NCBI RefSeq assembly: GCF_964213995.1
Contig: NC_135812.1
Location: forward strand, 33,170,001-33,234,000
Reading direction: 5' to 3'
Length of the DNA stretch: 64,000 nt
DNA from: Mustelus asterias
Lineage: Eukaryota
The translations under genes and the position numbers were made by a program. This document shows, in pieces, positions 39,186 to 51,000 of this stretch (within the stretch, counting starts at the first letter, position 1; every line of letters starts with the position of its first letter). Below the pieces are notes generated by a model. The model made no database searches. It worked only from the letters and a program-made list of their open reading frames with translations, and was not told the origin of the DNA.

Positions 39186-40140
39186 CTGAAGTTGAATCTT
39201 CATTGCTGGAAACAGTCATACATGAAATTAGGTAATGCAAAGTGGCTAGCACAAGTGGAACCATGTTCCAATTGCTCAGTATCTGCAAGCAGAGCAAAGA
39301 AAGTTATCACAAAGTAAAAGCCTGGAGCAGCACTCATGTCTGAGGATTCACATGCTGATTTATGAAACTTTCCTGTTATACTGTACAATTTCAAGATCAT
39401 GAGAAGAGGGGAAGAATAATCGCCCTATTAAACTAAATTCTTTAGGTATTGTGTATATATCTGTATGCCTACTGATGTATGTGGTGCCTCTGCAGATTAG
39501 TTTGAGCTTTATTTCTCAGTGAACAATGTAGATATAATCATAGCACAGCCTTAATTAACTAAGTTTAATATAGATTAACAATAGAGTTTAGCAATTTAGA
39601 TTACAGTAAACTAGAGACCAGGTTAGTTATTTTCACATAGCAACATCTATATTCTCACATTGAGTCACAAATCTTTTGTTACATATTTGTATTTATTCCT
39701 GGTGGCTTACTGGAGCTATGCTGTATTAATGTATGCATCGGAAATTATGTAAGAGAGCTAGCCGGAAAACAAAAGAGGAGCCAGCCTTGGAAGTGATCAC
39801 TGACCATTAATAAAGCTCAAATTGTTTTTTAATCAAAATCTGTCCTGTGTATCACGACTCCAACACACAAAAAAACTGGTGAAGAGGACCACAGATATGC
39901 GCTTGCTAGCCATGCAGGAAGAAATTAACCAAGAAAAAGTCGGAATAAAAAGAAATCTTTAACGCGTTCTATAGAGACTAATAGACTAGGTGGACATGAG
40001 TAAATGATACTCTACAAACAAATTAAGGAGCTGGCTGTGATAAACAAGAGACTGAAGCTCAATTAGCTACTGCAATTGTTAAGACTTCTCTTGTCTTACC
40101 AAAAGGCTAAGCAAATGAATCATTGAATAGAATCAAAATA

Positions 40141-40420
40141 TCCTACCCAGGCCCTCTTCCCTGCCCTATCCCTGTAATCCCACACATTTACCATGGCTAA
40201 TCCCTTCTAACCTACACATTTTGGGACACAAAGGGACAATTTAGCATAGCCAATCCACCTAACCTGCACAGCTTTGGACTGTGGGAGGAAACTGGAGCAC
40301 CCGGAAAAAACCCACACAGACAAGTGAAGAACGTGCAAAGTCCACACAGAAAGTCACCCAAGGCCTCATTTGAACCTGGGTCCCTGGTGCTGTGAGGCAG
40401 CAGTGCTAACCACTGTGCAC
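40141..40420 (-). mobile_element. HE1-type SINE (partial)
   Basis: Head and V-domain core in reverse orientation. Confidence 0.8.
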
Positions 40421-42373
40421 TGTAATGCACTTCTGTCTGAGAATTCTGTATAGTAACAACAAAAATCTTTTTCAATTATATTATTGAAGAGAAGCATTTG
40501 ACTTCTGGATCAGAAGTGGGAAACATGTTAACGAACTAATACCCAAATCCAGTCAGTCAAACTTCATTCCATTTTTATCTAAGTAACCTTTCACATCTAC
40601 TTTGACTTTTGTACTACTTTATTTTACAAAACAGTTGTATTACATTTTTCATTCCACATTTCTACTTGATCTAACATTCTTCACGTCTCCTATTCAAAAA
40701 TTTCAAATAATATTTACAACTGTTAAACATTCCCCTCACTTCTCTTCAAACTTTTCTCATGCTCTTTTGCATAAACCTTCCCTTTAAATTATTTTTCTGA
40801 ATTAAATAAAATATTTGAATTTAACAGCCAATCTTATGCTTTCTTCTCAAGCATAAGATTTTAATTAAAGCTTCCATGCCAAACTGCAATTCATTAGCAT
40901 TTTGAATACAGTATCTATTTCCATGTTAAAGCTATCCAAACGTGTCCATAAATGTCACCAAAGTACTAGCTATTTTTGGTAAAGATTCAAATGCACTTTA
41001 TCTTGTCCTATGCAAAAAGGTTAAGCCAACCGTGTCTTGTTTTGCCACAGTTCTCTTACAGCTCTGACCTGAACAACTGTCTCTAAGTGCAAAAGAGATG
41101 TGTTTGTTTGATAATGGAAAGAAAACACATTTTCGTTTCAATGATTATAACAAAACTGATTTTAATTCTTTTTGACACTTGCTGAATATAACCCTTGTTT
41201 TTTTGAGTACCTCTAACGTAGTAAAATATTCCAAGATACTTCACAGGAGAGTTATCAAAGTTTGACACTGAGCCATATTGAGGAATTATTAGACAGATGA
41301 CCAATAACTTGGTCAAAGAGATAGGTTTTAAGAAGTAGAAAGAGAGAAAATTCCAGAAGTCAGGGCTTTGTCAGCTCCCAGTTGGCTGGACAACTAGTTT
41401 GTGATGTAGAGCGAGCTCAATTTGTGTACCAGCCGAGGTTATTCATCTCAACTTCATTATTATTCATCTCTTCTCAACCTTGCCCCTACCTGAGGTGCAG
41501 TGATCCTCAGGTTACATCACCACCAGTCAGCTCTCTCTCGCAAAAAGTAGAGCAACCAATGGTCATCTGGGACTATGACGACTTCGTCTTTACCTTTACA
41601 TGGCCACCAGTGGCGAGACAATCAATATCAGGGGTGCTCAAGAGGTCAGAATTAGATAAGTACAGGTACATAAGAGGGCTCTGGAGCTTGAGGTAATTAG
41701 ATAGGAAGAGGTCAGGCCATGGAGGGCTTTGAAACAATTTTAAAGTTCTCCAATAAAAGTCTATTCAATGACATCATTTTTATCTGAGAGATTTATGGTC
41801 AAAGAGGAAGAGAGATTGTAAACATAAAAAGCAATATACTCATGCTGAAAATCAAATTTAAAGCCAGAACATTATAGCAGTACCTGGAAAATAAATTAGC
41901 ACATAAATATAGATTATGGTTTTGCATAGGTATGTTCACGAGCTACTTTGTTTTTTTTTATTGTAACCCAATTGAAATTGGTTACATAAACATCCTTGAT
42001 TGAGTACAATGCTCCAAAATGTCTAAAATGTAAAGCAAACAGTAATTTTAAAAAAATGAGTCAGTGTTTCCAATTTACATCTACAGTATACCTTATACTA
42101 TGATGATATAGATATCTAGGTTTTGAATGAATTCTCATCAGTAACAAAGGAAACACCAGAACTTAAACAGTAACCTTACTCTCTGCTCCTGAGCCCTTCG
42201 AGTTTTAGATTTGGCAACATTGAACTAAAACAGAATCCCAATTTCTCACCAGTAATAATTAACATTCTAATAATTTCCATATTAGAATGTTAAAATGGCA
42301 ATGCACAAATCCACAATTACTTGATAGATCAATCAACAAACTGTCACACAGACCAGAGTTTCATCATTTTGTG

Positions 42374-42664
42374 TTTTTTTAAATCAAGTCCAATTCAGAG
42401 TCTCATCAAGTGAGACATTCCTGATCCAAGCTGACAAGACAGGGCTCTCACCTCCTGTCCTGGGCTTGGTCTACATGATCCAAGCTGATTGGAGTAGGCA
42501 TTGCACCTCCTCCAAAACTTGATCTCATTTGCATCTTAGCCAAAAGGCCGAGATGCCGCATTTAAAAATTGCTTCAAATGAAGCTAAAATGTAACCTAAT
42601 GAGTTCAACCAAGTACAGCATGTGGATACTACACTTGATCTAAGCCAAAAGGCCGAGAAGCGAT
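42374..42664 (-). mobile_element. U2 snRNA-headed retroposed insertion
   Basis: Starts at U2 nt 1 (ATCGCTTCTCGGCCTTTTGGCTtAGATCAAGTGTAGTATC, 39/40 match to vertebrate U2 as recalled), contains a second U2 nt 7-27 copy at 42533-42553, ends in A7, and is absent from the paralogous sequence at 46480-46495. Confidence 0.85.
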
Positions 42665-42879
42665 TTGTTGTGGTCACAAATTGAACTCGAAACTACAATC
42701 CAGTTTTGAAAGTACACAAAAAATATTTTTGTGGAAAATTTTAGTCTTAGATTTAATGTTAGTAATTGTCTCATTTTACGCTTACTTTGATACTGGCTCA
42801 ATATAATGCCATTTTGTTCACCATACATTCCAGTGCCATTTTGTTTCTGCTTAAAATGAATAAATTCAGAGACATGTTG

Positions 42880-43170
42880 GGGTGGCATGGTGGCACAGTG
42901 GTTAGCACTGCTGCCTCAGTGCCAGGGACCTGGGTTCGATTCCTGGCTTGGGTCACTGTCTGTGCAGAGTCTGCACGTTTTTCCTTGTCTCTGCGGGTGC
43001 CCCGCTTCCTCCCACAGTCCCAAAGATCTGCTCGTTAGGTTCATTGGCCCTGCTAAATTCTCCCTCAGCGTACCCGAACAGGAGTGTGGTGACTAGGGAT
43101 TTTCACAGAAACCTCATTGCGCAGCTAATGTAAGCCTACTTGTGACACTAATAACTAAAATTAATAAAAA
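42880..43170 (+). mobile_element. V-domain SINE with an alternative tail
   Basis: ggggtggcatggtggcacagtggttagcactgctgcctca head and V core; tail aagcctacttgtgacactaataa differs from the HE1 tail. Confidence 0.8.
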
Positions 43171-43380
43171 CATTTAAATAGTCCTATAGTGCAGTCGGTA
43201 CTCAAAACAAATGGGTTGCCTGGTTTGAATTTTTGACAGAGGCAGATTTGTGTCACAGCTAGATTTGTGCCAGGGCTTACTTAGCCATGGTGGTCAAAGA
43301 GGAAGAGAGATTGTACACTTAAAAAGCAATATACTTGTGCTGAAAATCAAATTTACAGCCAGAACATGATAGCTGTACCC

Positions 43381-45035
43381 TCTCCCTCAACGTCAATAAA
43401 ACGAAGGAGATTGTCATCGACTTCAGGAAGCGCAAAGGAGAACATGCTCCTGTCTACATCAATGGGGACGAAGTAGAAAGGGTCGAGAGCTTCAGGAGTT
43501 TAGGTGTCCAGATCACCAACAGCCTGTCCTGGTACCCCCATGCTGACACTATAGTTAAGAAAGCCCACCAACGCCTCTAAATTCTCAGAAGACTAAGGAA
43601 ATTTGGCATATCAGCTACGACTCTCACCAACTTTTACAGATGCACCATAGAAAGCATTCTGTCTGGATGTATCACAGCTTGGTATAGCTCCTGCTCTGCC
43701 CAAGACTGCAAGGAACTACAAAAGGTCGTAAATGTAGCCCAATCCATCACGCAAACCAACCTCCCATCCATTGACTCCATCTACACTTCCCGCTGCCTCG
43801 GCAAAGCAGCCAGCATAATTAAGGACCCCACGCACCCCGGACATTCTCTCTTCCACCGTCTTCCTTCAGGAAAAGATACAAAAGTCTGAGGTCACATACC
43901 AACTGACCCAAGAACAACTTCTTCTCTGCTATTGTCAGACTTTTGAATGAACATAAGAACATAAGAAATAGGAGCAGGAGTAGGCCATCTAGCCCCTCGA
44001 GCCTGCCCCGCCATTCAATAAGATCATGGCTGATCTGAAGTGGATCAGTTCCACTTACCCGCCTGATCCCTATAACCCCTAATTCCCTTACCGATCAGGA
44101 ATCCATCTATCCGTGATTTAAACATATTCAACGAGGTAGCCTCCACCACTTCAGTGGGCAGAGAATTCCAGAGATTCACCATCCTCTGAGAGAAAAAGTT
44201 CCTCCTCAACTCTGTCCTAAACTGACCCCCCTTTATTTTGAGGCTGTGCCCTCTAGTTCTAGTTTCCTTTCTAAGTGGAAAGAATCTCTCCATCTCTACC
44301 CTATCCAGCCCCTTCATTATCTTATAGGTCTCTATAAGATCCCCCCTCAGCCTTCTAAATTCCAACGAATACAAACCCAATCTGCTCAGTCTCTCCTCAT
44401 AATCAACACCCCTCATCTCTGGTATCAACCTGGTGAACTTTCTCTGCACTCCCTCCAAGGCCAATACATCCTTCCGCAAATAAGGGGACCAATACTGCAC
44501 ACAGTATTCCAGCTGCGGCCTCACCAATGCCCTGTACAGATGCAGCAAGACATCTCTGCTTTTATATTCTATCCCTCTTGCGATATAGGATAACATCCCA
44601 TTTGCCTTCTTGATCACCTGTTGCACCTGCAGACTGGGTTTTTGCATCTCATGCACAAGGACCCCCAGGTCCCTCTGCACAGCAGCATGTTGTAATTTCT
44701 TTCCATTTAGATAATAATCCGATTTGCTATTATTCCTTCCAAAGTGAATAACCTCGCATTTGTTAACGTTATACTCCATCTGCCAGATCCTCGCCCACTC
44801 ACTCAGCCTGTCCAAATCTCTCTGCAGACCTGCTACACCCTCCACACGATTCACTTTTTGGGACTTACCTTGCATTAAATTGATCTTTCTCTACACCCTA
44901 ACTATGACTGTAACACTACATTCTGCACTCTCTCGTTTCCTTCTCTATGAATGGTATGCTTTGTCTATATAGCGCGCAAGAAACAATACTTTTCACTGTA
45001 TGTTAATACATGTGACAATAATAAATCAAACCAAA
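43381..45035 (+). mobile_element. Rex1/Babar-like LINE 3' fragment split by a CR1 insertion
   Basis: Translates as SLNVNKTKEIVIDFRK...IVKKAHQRL*ILRRLRKFG...FYRCTIESILSGCITAWY...IIKDPTHPGH; the 3' UTR resumes at about 44860 and ends gacaataataaatcaaacc. Confidence 0.8.
43950..44853 (-). mobile_element. 5'-truncated CR1 LINE
   Basis: ORF with LQRDLDRLSEWA..WQMEYN, RPQLEYCVQYW, FFSQRMVNLWNSLP; (ttcttatg)n tail. Confidence 0.93.
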
Positions 45036-45250
45036 GACTAGTTAGTACCTAAATAAAGATAGATTATGGTTCTTTTTCAATGGCCTCACCTCTTCCTATC
45101 TCTCAGTGCACCAAGGTCAAATATCAGCAGCTTGAAATGTGCGCAAAATAATTGTAAGACTCTTTGAGGTGTGGTTCTCCCAAAAATCAAATTTAAAGCC
45201 AGAACGTTATAGCAGTACCCAGAAGATGAGTTAGCATCTAAATAAAGATA

Positions 45251-45368
45251 TGATGTGGCAATGCCAGGTTTGGACTGTGGTGGGCACCTGATGAAGGAGC
45301 AGCACTCCGAAAGCTTGTGATTCCAAATAAACCTGTTGGACTTTAACCTGGTGTTGTGAGGCTTCTTA
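45251..45368. mobile_element. Short Penelope insertion with hammerhead motif
   Basis: Inverted terminal stub followed by cac-ctgatga-a-ggag(cagca)ctcc-gaaa-gct-t-gtg; flanked by ctaaataaagata and ctaaataaaaata. Confidence 0.85.
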
Positions 45369-45559
45369 CTAAATAAAAATAGATTATGGTTCTTTTTCCA
45401 TGGCCTCACCTCTTCCTATCTCTCAGTGCACCAAGGTCAAATATCAGCAGCTTGAAATGTGTGCAGATTAATGGTAAGACTCTTTGAGATGTGGCTCCCC
45501 CGAGATGATGAACAGGAAAACCTTGGAGCTCATTCCTGGAATGAAGGAGGGTTTTCCAT

Positions 45560-45690
45560 TTTAGCTGAGCAGCCGAGGCCTGAGACTGCTGTTGCTAGGG
45601 AAGGAGGCCGTTCGGCCAGGCCGGCGGCGCATGCGCATGTCCCTGGGCGCCGGGGTGAATGTCACCTCCACAGCAAGATGGCGGCCAGAG
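45560..45690 (+). promoter_or_regulatory. NIPSNAP2: CpG-island promoter of NIPSNAP2
   Basis: NRF1 site gcgcatgcgca (45627-45637), RFX-like gttgctagggaa (45591), YY1-like caagatggcggc overlapping the ATG. Confidence 0.75.
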
Positions 45691-45799
45691 TTCTTGGTAA
45701 CATTGTGGCCTCTGCGAGGAGGGCCACAGCCCGGGTACAAGGCGAAGGCCGGGCCCTGGCGGCAATCGCTACCAAGACTGGCACCGCAACGACAGCCAG
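45678..45799 (+). CDS. NIPSNAP2: NIPSNAP2 (GBAS) exon 1, mitochondrial presequence-like
   Basis: MAARVLGNIVASARRATARVQGEGRALAAIATKTGTATTAR, donor AG|GTCAGT in phase 2, compatible with exon 2. Confidence 0.85.
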
Positions 45800-47379
45800 G
45801 TCAGTGTACCCCGCGAGGCTGCCTCGCCTCTGCCGTCGCTTCGGGCTTCAAAACATTGCTGGAGGCCGACCCGAGGTAAACTGAGACAAAGTTTATTCCC
45901 GGCCGGCCGACTGGCCTGGCTGGCGGGCGCCTCCCTTTTTCTGTCCGCCAAAAAAAATGTCAGGTGTCACCGTGCTTCTTTTGTTTTAACTTGTTCCTCC
46001 GCGCAGTCACCAGCAGAGCAAAGTTAATTTAAGCGCTCGGTTTAGCAGGTGTCCTGATGGTACGGCCGGCAATTAATTAGCTGCAAATCTATTTCCCATG
46101 CTTAACTCGGAAGTTATTTTTTGCAGACTCGCATTTGCAGGGTTTACATTTTTGTCAAGGTCATTTTATCTTAAGCAATTTTAATGTGTTGCTAGGGCCG
46201 TTTTCGTGTATCCATTCTGTTCAAAATACAATCCTTCGTTGGGTAACTAACTACACCAATTGGTTTATGAAAACTACTTAAATACGCCTCTGAATTTGTT
46301 CATTTCCAGCAAAAAAAGACATTGGAATGTATGGCGAACAAGCTGTTGTGTTTGTATCAGAGCAAGAGTAAAACAAGACAGTTACTAGCATTAAACCTAA
46401 GACTAAAATCTTCCACAAAAATGTAATTTTTTTGTATACTTTCAAAACTGAATTATAGTTTCGAGTTCAATTCGTGATCACAACAAAAATATAAAACTCT
46501 GGTCTATATGACAATTTGTTGATTGTTATAGCAAGGAATTATGGATTTGTGGGCATTGACATTTTAACATTCTACTATGGGACAGGAAAATGTTACTTGT
46601 GAGAAATTCGGATTCTCATTTTAGTGTTATCCAGACTTTTTTTTCACCAATGTGGTTGTTCCAAAAAGGAAGGGAGCATGCCCTTATCTGGTTTGTTGTG
46701 ATGAAATGAGCAATTGGACAACCTAAAAAAAACTGACCACAATGCAATTTTGTTCCATGTGAGACTAAGAACATAAAATTGGGTACTCACATAGTCTAAA
46801 GTACAACATTCCACAATACTGTAGTATTAGACCAATGTGCTATACAAACGCAGAATCACATTCTGAGATGTATGCTCTATTTCTCTGACTAAACACTTAA
46901 TATCCTGTTTACTCTATCCCCTGCTGTTCCAACATTGCGTTGATAGATTCAGTTGTCCAAAATGTTCAGATGAAAAGAGGGAATATTGAAAATGGAGCTA
47001 GAAGTACATTGTCGATGGATGAATAGGGAGAAAAGACCATGTGTAACTTTAAAGAAGTTAGAGGACTTAATTGTGATGCAAGGTGGCGTCACCTCTAACT
47101 GAGCTGACTAAAAGACATTGCTGCTAGACCAGCTCTCTGTGACAGGTAGTGAGGAGAACACCGACTTGACTTTGTCCTCACCAATCTACCAGTAGCAGGT
47201 GCATCTGTCCATGACAGCGTAGGAGTGACCACTGCACTCATGGCATCCTTCTTCAGCCAGAGGTGCTGACTAGATGTTCTTGGGCTCTTCCTGAAACTCC
47301 TGGCATCACTGATGTAAGTTTTCAGTCAGTTTGATTCACTTCACTTGATGTCAAGAAACAGCTGAAGGCACTGGATACT

Positions 47380-48600
47380 ACAAATGCTTTGGGCCCAGCA
47401 ATAGTACTGGTGACGTGCTTCACAAATATCTTTTCCCCTAACCAAGCTGTTTCAGTATAGCTACAACAATGGCATCTACCCAACAATGTGGAAAGTTGCC
47501 CTGGTATGTTCTATCGCCAAAAAGCAGATTTAACCTAGCCAAATACCACCCCATCAGTCTACTCTCAATCATCAACAAAGTGGTCAAAGGTGTTCTTGAC
47601 AGTGGCACTTACTCAGCAATAACCTGATAATTGACACTTGGTTTGGGTTCCACAAGGGCAACTCAGCTCCTGACCTCATTACCACCTTTGTCCATACATG
47701 GACAAAAGAGCTGACTTCAAGAGGTTAGGTGAGGCTGATTCCCCTTGATATCAAGGCAATATTTGACTGAGTATGGCATCAAAGAGCCCTGGCAAAACTT
47801 GAGTCAATAGAAAAAAAAAGGGAAAAACTCCACTGATTGGAGCCATACCTGGCAAAAAGGATTTGTGCATTGTGGTTGTTGAAGATTAATCATCTCAATC
47901 CCAGGACATACCTGTAGGAGTTGCTCAGGGTAATGTCCTAGGCCCAACCATCTTCTAGTGCTTCATCAACTTTCCCTCTATTAAAAGGTCAGAAGTGGGA
48001 TATTCGCTGTTGATTGCATAATGTTCAGCACCATTTGCGACGAATCTGATACTGAAGTAGTTTGTGCTCATATCCTGCAAAACCTGAACAGTATGCAGAC
48101 TTGGGCTGAATGTGGAACAAATGTTACTTGTCATTTTCGTGCCAGGCGATGACCATCTCCAACAAGAGGGAATCCAACCATCTCCCCATGACATTCAGCG
48201 GCATACCATCAATGAATCCCCCACTATCCTGGAGGTTATCATTGATCAGAAACTGAACTGAACAATATAATTATTGTGGCTACAAGAGCAGGTCCGAGAC
48301 TGGGAATTCTGTGGTGAGTAATTCACCTCCAGACTCCCCAGTACCTGTCCACAGTGTACGAGGCGCAAGTCAGGAGCATGATGGAATACCTTCCTTTTGC
48401 GTGGATTTGTGCAGCTCCAGCAACACTTTTATGCTTGATATCATCCAGGACAAAGCAACCCGCTTGATTAGCACCCCGTTCTCCACCTTCAACATTCACT
48501 TCCTTAACCTCCGATGCACAGTGGTGGCAGTTTGTATCATCTGTAAGATACACTGTAGCAACTCACCAAGGATCCTTCAACAGTACCTTCCAAAGCTGCC
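47380..48600 (+). mobile_element. Degenerate CR1/L2-group LINE RT region
   Basis: Decayed YHPISLLSII, FGFHKG, LDIKAIFD*VWH and GVAQGNVLGP motifs with many stops; a related 3' tail lies at about 49850-50140. Confidence 0.75.
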
Positions 48601-50410
48601 TACTATTTGTGTTCAAAGGACCTGGGGAACCTAGACAAGGATTGTGAGACCTGACTATAATTTTCCAGAATTGTAGCTGGTAGTCCCCCAGCTATTCCAG
48701 AATTTGAAAAATAAACTTGTCTGGTGCACAGTCAAATTAGCTATTCATTGACACATGTCTGCTTTGACCATGTGTATGTTGATTGTTCCTCTGCCAGAAC
48801 ATCATCATGGGTGTAAAATTAGCACCAGTCTATTTTCTGTGACCCATTCTAGCACTGAGCTCATCCATGTTTCTTGTGCCCACCACCGTTCAAAGATAAT
48901 TTTATTAATGGAACTTACCTCCTGCAGCTTGAACCTTATTCTCCCTAACATGTTGACTAATCAATATTGTTCTATATTGTAAATGATTTTCTCTTCTCAC
49001 GCTCTCGCCCTGCTCCCTTTCAAAACTGCCTTTATTCCTCTCTTCAAAAAGCCCATTCTTGACCCCGTTGGTAATTACCGCTAGATCTCTAAATGTTCTT
49101 TCTTGTCCTTGAGCGACTAAAATACAAGCATGCATGTGTGTGTGTTTAATATATATGTATAGGTACAGTAGTATAGTGATTATGTTACCAGACTGGCGAT
49201 CCGGAAACACTGGAATAATGATCTCAAGATACTATATCCATCCACATTAGCTGGGCAATTCGAAATCAGTTATTAAAATGAAAAACTAATGTCGTAATGG
49301 AAACCATGAAACTACCAGATTGTTCTATTTGATTTACTTAATGTCCTTCAGGGAAGTAAATCAGCTGTCAAACCCAATCTAGTCAACACGTGACTTCAGA
49401 CCTACAGCACTCCAGTTGACTCTTAACTTTCCTCTGAAATAGCCTAGCAAGCCACTCAGTTATATCAAACTACTGAAGAGAACAAAATCAAACGACAAAC
49501 TCAATCCAATCAACACTTCAAAGCATTCCTCACTAACTTCTGGGATGTTGTCCCAAAATTGGGAGAGCGCAACCTGACTAATCAGCCTGGCATTCTCATG
49601 CACATATCTACCCTTTTTCTTTATCCCATGTCCCAGACTCCTCCATTTCCAATCCTGGTCATTTCCAGTGCCACTGACAGGACAGTCACACCAGAGGTAA
49701 AAGGTAAAGTCACCATAGTCCCAGATGACCATAGGCTGCTCTCCCCTTTGAGAGGGAGAGCTAACCGATGGTGATTTAACCTGAGGTTCACACACCTGAT
49801 AAGTGGTAAGTAAAATTCATGCCAGACAATGACAAGCAGTATATTCCAAGCCTCCAACCTCTTCCTCCTCAAATTCAAGGACAGAAAGCACATGGAAACA
49901 GCGTCACCTGCATAGTTCCCTTCCAAGTCACACATTATCCTGACTTGATAACTTATTGCAGTTCCTTTACTATTGCTCAATCAAAAATCTGGATCTCTCT
50001 AACAACACCATCAAGGTACTTTTACAACATGGATTGTGGTGATTTAAGAAAGTAGCTCACAACATCCTTCTCAGGACAATTGAGTATGGGCAATAAAGCT
50101 GGCCTTGCCAGAGATTCCCACATCTCATGAATGAATAAGAAAAAGGGCACAAATTGCCTATTGTGTGTCCCTGAATCCTTCCAATTTTTCTTCCACATAC
50201 AGAACAAATTTTCATTTATTCAATACCTTTCGTGAATGTCCAAAAACACACCACAGCTATGATTTACTCTCAAAGTGTAACCACTGTTCTAATGAAAAAA
50301 AACATTTCAGTCAATTTTCACACAAGGTCCTACAAACAGCAGAGATCAATAATGAGATAATCTGTTCGTAATTCAAGGGATGAATACCTGGAGATAGACT
50401 GAAGGTTAAG

Positions 50411-51000
50411 TTGAGGGAGGATATGTTACAACTATATAAGGTGCTGGTGAGGCCACACCTGGAGTACCGTGTACAGTTTTGGTCTTCTTACTTGAGAAAG
50501 GACACACTAGCACTGGAGGGAGTGCAGGGGAGATTTACTAGGTTGATTCCAGAGTTGAGAGGGTTGGCTTATGAGGAGAGACTGAGTAGACTGGGACTAT
50601 ACTCATTGGAATTTAGAAGAATGAGGGGGGATATTGTGGAAACACATATTATGAAGGGAGTAGATAAGATAGAAGCAGGGAGGTTGTTTCCACTGGTGGG
50701 TGAAACTAGGGGGCATAGCCTCAAAATAAGGGGGAGCAGATTTAGGACTGAGTTGAGGAGGAACTTCTTCATCCAAAGGGTTGTGAATCTGTGGAATTCC
50801 CTGCCCAGTGACACAGTTGAGGCTACCTCGTTGAATGTTTTTAAGGCAAAGATAGATTTTTGAACAGTAAAGAAATTAAGGGTTGGATGAGTGGGCGGAT
50901 GAGTGGAGCTGAGTCCACGAAAAGATCAGCCATGATCTTATTGAATGGCGGAGCAGGCTCGAAGGGCCAAATGGCCTTCTGCTGCTCCTTGTTCTTATGA
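50411..51000 (+). mobile_element. 5'-truncated CR1 LINE
   Basis: LYKVLVRPHLEY..QFW, LYSLEFRRMRGD, VVNLWNSLP motifs plus CR1 3' UTR. Confidence 0.9.

Noticed and set aside
33340-39900. LTR-like segments around the CR1 (33340-33670, 38013-38469) and at 39450-39890; similar segments at 20340-24250 and 25060-26000
   Set aside because: They have an LTR-like look (AATAAA, possible TG...CA ends, a PBS-like tggtgaagagga), but I could not fix paired LTRs, target duplications or internal ORFs, so they are not called.
42625-42664. Functional U2 snRNA gene
   Set aside because: Only nt 1-40 match. The U2 3' stem-loops are absent and the upstream DNA is duplicated intron sequence, not a PSE promoter.
45459-45884. 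141-aa ORF as an N-terminally extended NIPSNAP2
   Set aside because: It runs through the promoter and past the exon 1 donor; the conserved start is MAARVL at 45678.
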